Of a stretch of 57,851 bases of DNA, positions 9,721-18,159 are shown piece after piece. The stretch is from Chloroflexota bacterium (lineage in GTDB: Bacteria; Chloroflexota; Limnocylindria; QHBO01): positions 1 to 57,851 of the forward strand of contig JBDUEE010000024.1 of NCBI GenBank assembly GCA_040002615.1, read 5' to 3'. The translations under genes and the position numbers were made by a program. Position 1 is the stretch's first letter. Each line of letters opens with the position of its first letter. Below the pieces are notes generated by a model. That model made no database searches. It was not told the DNA's origin and saw nothing but the letters and a program-made list of their open reading frames with translations.

Positions 9721-10908
9721 TCAGCGCGCGCCGGCCGGCGTTCGATAGGCGTCGATCAGGATCTTTGCCACCTCCGGGCGGCTGAACTCCTGCGGCGGCA
9801 TCTCGCCGCTCGAAAGGAGCTCTCGGACCTTGGTGCCGGACAGGATGAGGTGCTGCTCGTCGCCGTGCGGACAGGTCTTGTAGGAGGCCATGCCTTCGCA
9901 GGCATGGCACCAGAACGTGTGCTCAAAGAAGAGCGGCGTGATCCCCAGCTCGTCCGGTGCGAACTCGTCGAAGATGAGGTGGGCGTCGTAGGTGCCGTAA
10001 TAGCTGCCCACGCCTGCGTGGTCTCGGCCCACGATGAAATGGGTGCAGCCGTAATTCTTGCGCGCGATGGCGTGGAAGATCGCCTCGCGCGGGCCGCCGT
10101 AGCGCATCGCGGCGGGGTACACACTGAGCAGGGTCCGATCCGCGGGGTAGTAGTCAGCCAAGAGCGTCTCATAGGCGCGCATGCGGACATCTGCCGGGAT
10201 GTCGTCCGACTTCGTGTCGCCCACCAATGGGTGGATCAGGAGGCCATCGGTGACCTCCAGTGCGACCTTGGTCAGGTACTCATGGGCCCGATGGATGGGG
10301 TTGCGCGTCTGAAAGCCCACCACCCGGCGCCAGCCCTTCTCGGCGAAGATCGCGCGTGTCTCGGCCGGCGAGCGGCGATGTCCCGGAAAGGGTGGGTCCG
10401 CCGGCCCGTTCAGCACCGTCGCGTCGCCGCCGAGGTAGACGTCGCCACCGGCATAGATGCGCGCCACGCCCGGGTGCGCCTCCTCGGTGGTTCGGAAGAC
10501 CTGCTGCGCCTCGTGCTGGGGATCGAAGGTGTACTTCTCGGCCAGATCGAGGATCCCGAGCATGCGACCCTCGTCATCGTTGAGGGCCACCTGCGAGCCG
10601 ATGTCGAGCCGATCCGCCTCTTCCTGACTGACGGCCAGGGTGATGGGAATCGACCACGGCAGGCCGTTCGCCAGGCGCATGTCGTTGACGACAGATTGGT
10701 AGTCTGCCTGGCCCATGAAGCCGGTGAGCGGGCTGAAGGCGCCATTGCCGATCAACTCGAGGTCCGACGCGGCGACGCTGGCGAGCGTGATCGACGGCAG
10801 CGACGCTGCGCGCTCAAGGGCGCTCTCTCGCTCGCTTCCGTGCAGTGCGCGGTCGATCAGCGAGCCGCCGTGCGGCGTCGAGGTCATGGTTGCAGGTGTC
10901 AAGGTCAC
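9721..10908 (-). CDS. sat: Sulfate adenylyltransferase (ATP sulfurylase)
   Basis: 395 aa. Signature motifs [15 protein letters not shown] and VGRDHAGVG. The GTG at 10908 is preceded by GGAG. An alternative ATG lies at 10887. Confidence 0.9.
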   Translation of the reverse strand: MTLTPATMTSTPHGGSLIDRALHGSERESALERAASLPSITLASVAASDLELIGNGAFSPLTGFMGQADYQSVVNDMRLANGLPWSIPITLAVSQEEADRLDIGSQVALNDDEGRMLGILDLAEKYTFDPQHEAQQVFRTTEEAHPGVARIYAGGDVYLGGDATVLNGPADPPFPGHRRSPAETRAIFAEKGWRRVVGFQTRNPIHRAHEYLTKVALEVTDGLLIHPLVGDTKSDDIPADVRMRAYETLLADYYPADRTLLSVYPAAMRYGGPREAIFHAIARKNYGCTHFIVGRDHAGVGSYYGTYDAHLIFDEFAPDELGITPLFFEHTFWCHACEGMASYKTCPHGDEQHLILSGTKVRELLSSGEMPPQEFSRPEVAKILIDAYRTPAGAR

Positions 10909-11132
10909 AACACTCCGTGTGGCGGCTGAGAGGGTGCACGCGTCGGGGATTCGCCTGCGCGCGGCATTCGGGGTCGGGCTATCTATCCTACCGCCTGCTC
11001 CCCGGTCCGTGCTGAACGGCCGAGGTCATCGGGCCGAGCGAGTCAGCGCATGGCGGCTACAATCCGGCGGTGCCGGCGGTGCCGGTCGAATGCGTTCGCA
11101 GGAGGATCTGGTTGGCCGTCGCGGCAAAGGAC

Positions 11133-12119
11133 GTGAGTGACATCGGCGAGGTCGTGCAGGCGCTGCGCGACGCCAGGCGCGTCACCGCGATCTGTCACGA
11201 GAACCCGGACGCCGACACCATCGGCGCCGCCGTCGCCGTCTGCATCATCGCGGAGCGGCTTGGCGCCGAGGCCGAGATCGTGAGCGCGGATGGCATTCCA
11301 CCGGTCTTCAGCTTCCTTTCGCACGTCGGCGGCGTCAGGCGCCGGCCGATGCTCGAGCCGGACCTCGCGGTCCTGTGTGACGCGGCAACCCTGGAGCGCG
11401 TTGGCCGGATCGCGCGCGAACAGGCGGACTGGTTCGCCAGCGCCAAGCTGCTGAATATCGATCATCATGTGAGCAGCAATCTCTTCGGCGACCTCAACCT
11501 CGTCGACTCGCGGGCCGCCGCAACCTGCGAGGTCGTGGCGCGGCTGGTGGACGCCCTCGGGATCGAGCTGGACGCAGAGCTCGCCACCCCGCTGCTGACG
11601 GGCATTGTCCGTGACAGCCACGGCTTCTCGGATCCGGCGACATCGGGCGACACGCTGCGAGCTGCTGCCCGCCTGGTCGACGCCGGCGCTCCCCTCGCGC
11701 TGATCCATCGCCTTATCCTGTCCGAGCTGCCGTTCCGCACCATGGCTCTGTGGGGCAAGATGCTGGCGGGCGTGGGCCAGGCCGGCGATGGGCGAGTCGT
11801 GCATGCGACGCTGACCCAGTCGATGCTCGACCAGACTGGCACCGAGCAGCATGACGCCGATGGCCTCGCCGAATTCCTGGCGAAGGCGAAGGGGGCCGAC
11901 GTGACGCTCCTGCTCCGCGAGCTGGGGCCGGCCGAGACGCGGGTCAGCGTGCGGACGTCCGAAGCCGTCGACGCGACCGCCATCGTGGCGCAGTTCGGTG
12001 GCGGAGGCCATGTGCGCCGAGCGGGATGCACGGTCCCTTGCCACGTCGATGAGGCGGTCGCCCTGGTCGTTTCCGCCAGCGTCGAGGAGCTGCCCCACGG
12101 ACCCGCTGCCGGCGCGTAG
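11133..12119 (+). CDS. nrnA: DHH/DHHA1 phosphoesterase (NrnA-like; candidate 3'-phosphoadenosine 5'-phosphate phosphatase / nano-RNase)
   Basis: ORF 11070..12119. The GTG at 11133 follows AAAGGA. Motifs seen: HENPDADTIGAA, LLNIDHH (DHH) and the DHHA1 motif FGGGGH. Confidence 0.7.
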   Translation: MSDIGEVVQALRDARRVTAICHENPDADTIGAAVAVCIIAERLGAEAEIVSADGIPPVFSFLSHVGGVRRRPMLEPDLAVLCDAATLERVGRIAREQADWFASAKLLNIDHHVSSNLFGDLNLVDSRAAATCEVVARLVDALGIELDAELATPLLTGIVRDSHGFSDPATSGDTLRAAARLVDAGAPLALIHRLILSELPFRTMALWGKMLAGVGQAGDGRVVHATLTQSMLDQTGTEQHDADGLAEFLAKAKGADVTLLLRELGPAETRVSVRTSEAVDATAIVAQFGGGGHVRRAGCTVPCHVDEAVALVVSASVEELPHGPAAGA

Positions 12120-12192
12120 CCAGGGAACGCCCGATGGTCGCGGTGGTCCGCTGACGGCCCCCCTCGACCGGGTCACGGTCTTCGCGCGGGCC

Positions 12193-13575
12193 TTGGCAAT
12201 CCTGCGGGCGCGCCGATGGCGCGAGTCATTGGCACTCGGATTGCCACTGGCGGCGCTGGGCGCCCTTTCCCTCTATCATCTCGGCGCTCCCAGCCTGTGG
12301 CGGGACGAGGTGGCCAGCGTGATCTTCGCCAAGGGATCGCTGCCGGAGCTGCTCACCATCGTGGGCCGCGATCGGGACGCGGTCGGCCTGGCCAACATGG
12401 CGACCTACTACCTGCTGCTCCACTTCTGGCTGTTCATCGGCGAGACCGAGGCTCGCATCCGGCTGCTGTCGGTGATCTTCGGAGTGGCCAGCGTGGTGCC
12501 GGTCTACTTCATCGCCCGCCGCCTGGCGGGCTGGCTGGCCGGCGGGCTGGCGGCCGGCATCTTCGTGCTGATCCCCTACGTCATCCACTACTCGCAGGAG
12601 GCGCGCGGCTACTCGCTGGCGATGCTGGTGGCCGGCTCGCTGACCTGGCTGCTGCTGATCGGTGTCGAGCGGCGCACCGTCTGGCCGTGGGCCGCCTACG
12701 GGCTGATTGCCGCGCTGGGCCTGTATGTCCACTTCTTCGTGGCGCTGATCGTGGCCGCGCACGGCCTGTGGGTGCTGGCCACCCGCTCGCTGCCGCCCTG
12801 GCGCAGCGCGCTGGCTGCCCTGCTGCCCATCCTGCTGGCGGCGGCCCCCATCCCGTTCATCATCGCCCAGTTCGGCGGCGGGCAGGAGTGGATACCGCCG
12901 TTGACGGTCTCGCAAGCGGCCACCAGCATCGTCTCGCTGGCCGGCGGGCTGCCACTGCTCCTGGCCATGGCCGTGCTCGTGGCAGTCGCCGTCATCACGA
13001 GATCCCGCGATTCCAGGACCTGGCTGATGATCGGGTGCATCGTCGCCACGATCGCTGGGGCGGCGCTGATCTCAATCGTCAAGCCGATGTTCGTCGGCCG
13101 GTACCTCATCGTCGTGCTGCCGCACGTCGCAGTCCTCATCGGCTGCGCCCTGATCGCCCTGCGCCCCATCATCCTGCGGGGCGCTGTGGTCGCCCTGCTG
13201 GCGGTGCTGCTGGGGGCAGCGATCCCGAGCGCGTACGCCGACCAGCACCAGCAGGATTGGCGGTCGGCCGGCACCTGGATGGCTGAGAGGGCGCAACCGG
13301 GCGACCGTATGATTGCCGGCAATGGACTGCGTTCGATTGCGTATTACCTTGGCCGCGTCGCCACCTCTCCCCTCCCTCGGTCGACGACGGCAGCGGCCGC
13401 CCTCGCGGATCCGACGGGCGGTCGCCTGTGGCTCGTATTGACCGGCCGAGCGGCGAACTCCCGGATCCGGAGCCGCCTTGTGGGCAGGTTCGTCGTCGAG
13501 GAGGAACGTGCGTTCGGCGCGGATCTGACGATCGCGCTCTTGGTCACGAAGCCGACGACGCCCGGCGCAAGCTAA
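12193..13575 (+). CDS. GT-C fold membrane glycosyltransferase (GT39 / ArnT-PMT-like), paralogue A
   Basis: ORF 11998..13575. It is polytopic and has a first-loop acidic motif SLWRDEVAS typical of GT-C enzymes. The start is uncertain: the ORF's first codons overlap nrnA by about 120 nt, and the TTG at 12193 is a guess. Confidence 0.6.
   Translation: MAILRARRWRESLALGLPLAALGALSLYHLGAPSLWRDEVASVIFAKGSLPELLTIVGRDRDAVGLANMATYYLLLHFWLFIGETEARIRLLSVIFGVASVVPVYFIARRLAGWLAGGLAAGIFVLIPYVIHYSQEARGYSLAMLVAGSLTWLLLIGVERRTVWPWAAYGLIAALGLYVHFFVALIVAAHGLWVLATRSLPPWRSALAALLPILLAAAPIPFIIAQFGGGQEWIPPLTVSQAATSIVSLAGGLPLLLAMAVLVAVAVITRSRDSRTWLMIGCIVATIAGAALISIVKPMFVGRYLIVVLPHVAVLIGCALIALRPIILRGAVVALLAVLLGAAIPSAYADQHQQDWRSAGTWMAERAQPGDRMIAGNGLRSIAYYLGRVATSPLPRSTTAAAALADPTGGRLWLVLTGRAANSRIRSRLVGRFVVEEERAFGADLTIALLVTKPTTPGAS
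12291..12884 (+). repeat. Direct repeat copy 1 (594 bp, near-identical to 13726..14319)
   Basis: Base-by-base comparison with copy 2 gives a constant offset of 1435 nt and no indels. Only 2 mismatches were found (ttcGccaaG versus ttcTccaaA near the 5' end). Similarity is sharply lost on both sides. Confidence 0.9.
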
Positions 13576-13591
13576 GCCAGTTCACGGCCAA

Positions 13592-15010
13592 GTGACCAGA
13601 GCTCGCTTCTCGGCGTGGCTTCCGCCTGGACTGAGGTCTCCATCCGTCACGTGGCTGCAGTGGCTGGGGCTGGTCCTCCCGATGCTCGCGCTCACGCTGC
13701 TGGCGTTGCACGACCTCGGCGCGCTCAGCCTGTGGCGGGACGAGGTGGCCAGCGTGATCTTCTCCAAAGGATCGCTGCCGGAGCTGCTCACCATCGTGGG
13801 CCGCGATCGGGACGCGGTCGGCCTGGCCAACATGGCGACCTACTACCTGCTGCTCCACTTCTGGCTGTTCATCGGCGAGACCGAGGCTCGCATCCGGCTG
13901 CTGTCGGTGATCTTCGGAGTGGCCAGCGTGGTGCCGGTCTACTTCATCGCCCGCCGCCTGGCGGGCTGGCTGGCCGGCGGGCTGGCGGCCGGCATCTTCG
14001 TGCTGATCCCCTACGTCATCCACTACTCGCAGGAGGCGCGCGGCTACTCGCTGGCGATGCTGGTGGCCGGCTCGCTGACCTGGCTGCTGCTGATCGGTGT
14101 CGAGCGGCGCACCGTCTGGCCGTGGGCCGCCTACGGGCTGATTGCCGCGCTGGGCCTGTATGTCCACTTCTTCGTGGCGCTGATCGTGGCCGCGCACGGC
14201 CTGTGGGTGCTGGCCACCCGCTCGCTGCCGCCCTGGCGCAGCGCGCTGGCTGCCCTGCTGCCCATCCTGCTGGCGGCGGCCCCCATCCCGTTCATCATCG
14301 CCCAGTTCGGCGGCGGGCACGGCTGGATCGGGGGGCTGACCGTGCAACGCGTCGTAGGCAGTCTCACCGCTCTGACCGGTAGCCCTTTCGTGCTGCTGGC
14401 AATTGGATTCCTGGCCACGATCGCGGTGATCGCCCGGCGAACCGATCCCTTGGCGTGGCTGCTTCTCGCAGCCGCCCTAACGCCGATTGCTATGGCAATC
14501 GGGATTTCAGTCGTGAAGCCGATGCTGGTGGCCCGCTATCTGGTCGTCTCCCTGCCAGCACTCGCCGCGCTGACCGCCGTGGGTCTGGTGAGTCTGCGAC
14601 CCAGCCTGGCACGATACGCAGCGCTGGCCGGGTTGGCTGTCGCGCTGATGGTCGTGGTCCCCGGGGCGTACAGCGACGGACGGCAGATGGATTGGCGGGC
14701 CGCGGCTCGCTGGATTGGGCGGGACGGCCTGACCAGCGATCGGATGATCGCACCGCGCGGGCACGAGTGGATCGCCTACTACCTCGAGCGCTTTGGCACG
14801 TCCAATCACGGCCGATTGACGACGGTTCGTCGCGCCCGGAGCCAGCAACCTGCCCGTCTGTGGGTCATCCTGATGGGCGGGCCTCAACAGCATCCCCCGG
14901 TGGCGTCGAAACTCGCGCCGGACTATGTCGTCGCGGCCACCCGAGCTTTCGGCACCCGGTTACGGCTGGTCCTGTTGCTGCACGACGACACATTTCCAGC
15001 CCGCGACTGA
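13592..15010 (+). CDS. GT-C fold membrane glycosyltransferase (GT39 / ArnT-PMT-like), paralogue B
   Basis: 472 aa with a GTG start. The central roughly 198 aa are identical to paralogue A. The N- and C-terminal parts are diverged. Confidence 0.7.
   Translation: MTRARFSAWLPPGLRSPSVTWLQWLGLVLPMLALTLLALHDLGALSLWRDEVASVIFSKGSLPELLTIVGRDRDAVGLANMATYYLLLHFWLFIGETEARIRLLSVIFGVASVVPVYFIARRLAGWLAGGLAAGIFVLIPYVIHYSQEARGYSLAMLVAGSLTWLLLIGVERRTVWPWAAYGLIAALGLYVHFFVALIVAAHGLWVLATRSLPPWRSALAALLPILLAAAPIPFIIAQFGGGHGWIGGLTVQRVVGSLTALTGSPFVLLAIGFLATIAVIARRTDPLAWLLLAAALTPIAMAIGISVVKPMLVARYLVVSLPALAALTAVGLVSLRPSLARYAALAGLAVALMVVVPGAYSDGRQMDWRAAARWIGRDGLTSDRMIAPRGHEWIAYYLERFGTSNHGRLTTVRRARSQQPARLWVILMGGPQQHPPVASKLAPDYVVAATRAFGTRLRLVLLLHDDTFPARD
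13726..14319 (+). repeat. Direct repeat copy 2 (594 bp, near-identical to 12291..12884)
   Basis: See copy 1. It lies in the same reading frame inside the second GT-C paralogue. Confidence 0.9.
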
Positions 15011-15064
15011 CGTCAAGGCCTCTGAACGACTCTGATACGATCGGCCGGTCTTAACGTTGCGGAG

Positions 15065-16657
15065 ATGTGTGTGAAGGAAGCAAGCGCCGCCGCGCAGATC
15101 CCACGCCAGCACCGGCGGCCGAGTGCCAGAGCAGCTCTGAAATCGTTGCTGCGGCCGTCTCGTTTCGCGGTGGTTGGCGTCATCGGCATCGGCGTCAATG
15201 CAATCGCGCTCGTCGCCTTCACGGAGGCGCTCGGACTGCACTACGCGCTATCGGCGGTCCTTGCGTCGCAGGTCTCGACCCTCAACAACTTCATCCTCAC
15301 CGAGCTATGGGTCTTCCGCGGGCGCGAATCCCGTCGCCACCCGGTCGTCCGCTACCTGAGCTTCAACGCCCTCAACGTGGCGACGCTGGCGGTGCGGGTG
15401 CCGGTCCTGGTGCTGTTCACCGAGTGGGTTGGATTGCACTACCTGGTCTCGAATCTGATCGCGATCGGCTTGACATTCGGCATCAGATACTTCATCGCCG
15501 AGAACTGGATCTGGGCCGGGCGCGATGCCCGCGACCAGTCGGCGCTTGGCGGCTGGTTCCACTACGACATCCACGGCCTGGCCCGGCTCCGATCGCGCAT
15601 CGCCCTGCCAGAGCTTGCCGCGTTCAACAGCACCACTCCGGTGCAACCTGACATCGTGGTCGAGCGGCACCGGGCCCTGGGCGGCTTCCTCCGACGGCGG
15701 CTGAGCATCACCGCGGAGGGCTCCGCCATCCACTACCGGGAGCAGCTCGGCGCGGGGGGCGTGGCTTTCGACGTCCACCTTGACGACGTGATCCGCGTGG
15801 ACGCCAACTGGCTGCTGGCCCGGTCGCACCACGTGCTCTACACCAACGTGGTCGAGCCGCTGCTGCGCTTCCTGCTCGTGAGTCGCGGCGCGGTGCTGCT
15901 GCACTGCGCTTCTGTCGATACCGAGCACGGCGCCTTGCTCCTGTCCGCACAGACCGATACGGGCAAGACCAGCACCCTGCTGCGCCTGCTGATGCATCGG
16001 TCCTGGGGCTTCTTGGGCGATGACATGGCGATCGTGCTCCCGGACGGATGGATCCTGTCCTACCCCAAGCCGATGACGCTCTCGTCGCACACGATGAGCG
16101 CAGTGAGCGACACCGTGCTCCCATTCGCCGACCGCTTCATGCTGGCCATCCGCAGCCGGGTGCATTCCAAGCAAGGCCGGTCGATCGGCCATGCGCTGAG
16201 CCGGCTGCCGATCCCCATCGTCAGCATCAACGCCGTGGTGCAGCTGCTGGTCCCGCCACCGAAGTATCACGTCACCTCTCTGGTCGACTGTGACATGGTC
16301 GACAGAGCGCCGCTGCACGCCGTTCTCCTCATGGAACGTGGGCACCCAGTCGTCGAGGACGTGGCCCTGGAGCCCGCCCTGGACGAGCTGATGGCCAACA
16401 CCGAGGATGCGTACACCTTCCCGCCCTTCGGCTGGTTTGCGCCGTACCTGCGCTTCGACGGCATGGACGTGGCCGCGCTGCGCGCGCGCGAGCGCGAGCT
16501 GTTGCGCTCGGCCGTTGCCCCGGTCTGGCGCAGCCGGCTACGGGTTGAAGGGCACGAATGGGCCGAGCTCATCCCGGCCCTGCTCGATGGCCGGGCGCAG
16601 ACCGTCGGTCCTCCGTCGAAATCCGAACAGGTTCGCGTGGGCACTCTGGCCGGGTAA
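15065..16657 (+). CDS. Fusion protein: N-terminal GtrA-like 4-TM domain plus C-terminal HprK/PEPCK-like P-loop domain of unknown function
   Basis: 530 aa. The GtrA-like part is RFAVVGVIGIGVNAIALVAF...LNNFILTELWVFRGR...YFIAENWIW (about nt 15150-15515). The C-terminal part has GAVLLHCASVDTEHGALLLSAQTDTGKTSTLLRLLMHRSWGFLGDDMAIV (P-loop about nt 15944-15973). This resembles the HPr-kinase C-terminal nucleotide-binding core. Confidence 0.55.
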   Translation: MCVKEASAAAQIPRQHRRPSARAALKSLLRPSRFAVVGVIGIGVNAIALVAFTEALGLHYALSAVLASQVSTLNNFILTELWVFRGRESRRHPVVRYLSFNALNVATLAVRVPVLVLFTEWVGLHYLVSNLIAIGLTFGIRYFIAENWIWAGRDARDQSALGGWFHYDIHGLARLRSRIALPELAAFNSTTPVQPDIVVERHRALGGFLRRRLSITAEGSAIHYREQLGAGGVAFDVHLDDVIRVDANWLLARSHHVLYTNVVEPLLRFLLVSRGAVLLHCASVDTEHGALLLSAQTDTGKTSTLLRLLMHRSWGFLGDDMAIVLPDGWILSYPKPMTLSSHTMSAVSDTVLPFADRFMLAIRSRVHSKQGRSIGHALSRLPIPIVSINAVVQLLVPPPKYHVTSLVDCDMVDRAPLHAVLLMERGHPVVEDVALEPALDELMANTEDAYTFPPFGWFAPYLRFDGMDVAALRARERELLRSAVAPVWRSRLRVEGHEWAELIPALLDGRAQTVGPPSKSEQVRVGTLAG

Positions 16658-16702
16658 CCCCTGGAAGCGGGAAGCAGAGCTGAATCAGGTAGAGTCCGCT
16701 TA

Positions 16703-18022
16703 ATGCAAACCACCATCCTGGGCGGTGGGTACGTCGGACTGGTGACCGCCGCCTGCCTGGCCCACCTCGGGCATTCGGTCACGATCATCGAGCCTGATCC
16801 GGATCGCCTCGAACCCATTCGCCGTGGCGCCATCCCCATCCACGAGCCAGACCTGGCGGGCCTGGTGGCGCAGGCTGTGCAGTCATCGGCCCTGCGCGCC
16901 CTGCCGACCATGGCGGAAGCGACTGGCGAGACGGACATCGTGCTGATGTGCGTGGGCACCCCGCTCCGTTCCGACAGCGAGCCCGATCTAGGCCAGGTGG
17001 AGGCCGCCTCGCGCGCCATCCACGTGCATGCCGGCGCCGCGCCAATCGTCATCCGCAGCACGCTGCCGTTGGGTGCCACGCAGCAGGTGGCCGCCTGGAC
17101 GGCCCGTGGCGACCTCACCGGCCTCGTGACGAATCCCGAGTTCCTGCGCCAGGGGAGCGCGGTCGCGGACTTCCTCAAGCCGACTCGGATCGTGGTCGGC
17201 AGCGACGGAGGGCGCGAGACGCAGACAGTGCAGTTGGTCCGCGACCTGTATGCCGGAATCGTGGCTCCGTTCATCGTCACCGACTACGCATCGGCCGAGA
17301 TGATCAAGAACGCTTCCAACGCCTACCTGGCCACGAAGCTGAGCTTCGTGAACGAGGTAGCGGACCTGTGCGAGGCGTACGGCGCCAACGTCGCGGATGT
17401 GATCCATGGCATGGGGCTCGACCCGCGCATCGGCAGCTCATACATGAGTCCGGGAATCGGATTCGGCGGCTCGTGCCTTCCCAAGGAGCTGGCCAACATG
17501 GTGCGGCTCGGGCGGCAGCGCGGCCTGGACACGCCGCTCATGGCGGGAGCTGCCCGGACGAACGAACTGCGAGCGGGTCGCATCGCCGACCGACTCGAAG
17601 CGCTCCGTGGTCCGCTCGCGGGGTGCCGCGTCGCGATCCTGGGCCTTACATTCAAGCCTGACACGGATGACACGCGCTACTCCCCCGCTATTGCGCTGGC
17701 CGATGAGCTCCTGCGCCGAGGTGCCAGTGTGGCGGCCCACGATCCAGTCCTGCCAACGGACTCCCCGGCAGTGCCACCCGCCGTCGAGCGCGCGGAGACC
17801 CCGGAGTCAGCCATCTCGGCCGCCGACCTGGTCCTGCTCGCCACTGCGTGGCCCCAGTACCTTGCGCTCGACTGGAGGCGCCTGGCGACCTCCGCGGCGA
17901 CGCCGATCGTCTTCGACGGAAGGGCCGTCCTCGATCGACCCGCGCTGGCGCACGCCGGATGGACGGTCCTCAGCGTGGGGATTGCTCACGGCGAACCGGT
18001 CGTCGAACCGGTCACTGCCTGA
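16703..18022 (+). CDS. ugd: UDP-glucose 6-dehydrogenase
   Basis: 439 aa. N-terminal ILGGGYVGLVTAACLAHLGH...IPIHEPDL. Catalytic Cys motif GFGGSCLPKE. Overall UDPG/MGDP dehydrogenase architecture. Confidence 0.85.
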   Translation: MQTTILGGGYVGLVTAACLAHLGHSVTIIEPDPDRLEPIRRGAIPIHEPDLAGLVAQAVQSSALRALPTMAEATGETDIVLMCVGTPLRSDSEPDLGQVEAASRAIHVHAGAAPIVIRSTLPLGATQQVAAWTARGDLTGLVTNPEFLRQGSAVADFLKPTRIVVGSDGGRETQTVQLVRDLYAGIVAPFIVTDYASAEMIKNASNAYLATKLSFVNEVADLCEAYGANVADVIHGMGLDPRIGSSYMSPGIGFGGSCLPKELANMVRLGRQRGLDTPLMAGAARTNELRAGRIADRLEALRGPLAGCRVAILGLTFKPDTDDTRYSPAIALADELLRRGASVAAHDPVLPTDSPAVPPAVERAETPESAISAADLVLLATAWPQYLALDWRRLATSAATPIVFDGRAVLDRPALAHAGWTVLSVGIAHGEPVVEPVTA

Positions 18023-18159
18023 CCCCTCGCCCGGTGCCCAATCGTTCGGCTCGCGTGAGCACGCTGCCGGGCTGACTCTCGGAAATCCTCCGTCGCCCCC
18101 GACCGGCGTACTTACGACCCATGGTGCCGTCAAACGTGGGCCGGCATGCTCATCTGGTG

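Noticed and set aside
10909-11132. I examined the divergent sat / nrnA-like intergenic region (and 52241-52299 upstream of the Cys/Met PLP gene) for a SAM or other sulfur-related riboswitch.
   Set aside because: I recognised no conserved riboswitch core sequence. The 52241-52299 gap (59 bp) is too short for one. These regions are mentioned only as shared promoter regions.
12226-14347. Two minus-strand ORFs (12226..12915 and 13544..14347) share a long identical peptide stretch. At first this looked like a duplicated gene pair.
   Set aside because: The identity is simply the antisense translation of the 594-bp direct repeat inside the two plus-strand GT-C genes. The peptides are Arg/Gln/Gly-rich and non-protein-like.
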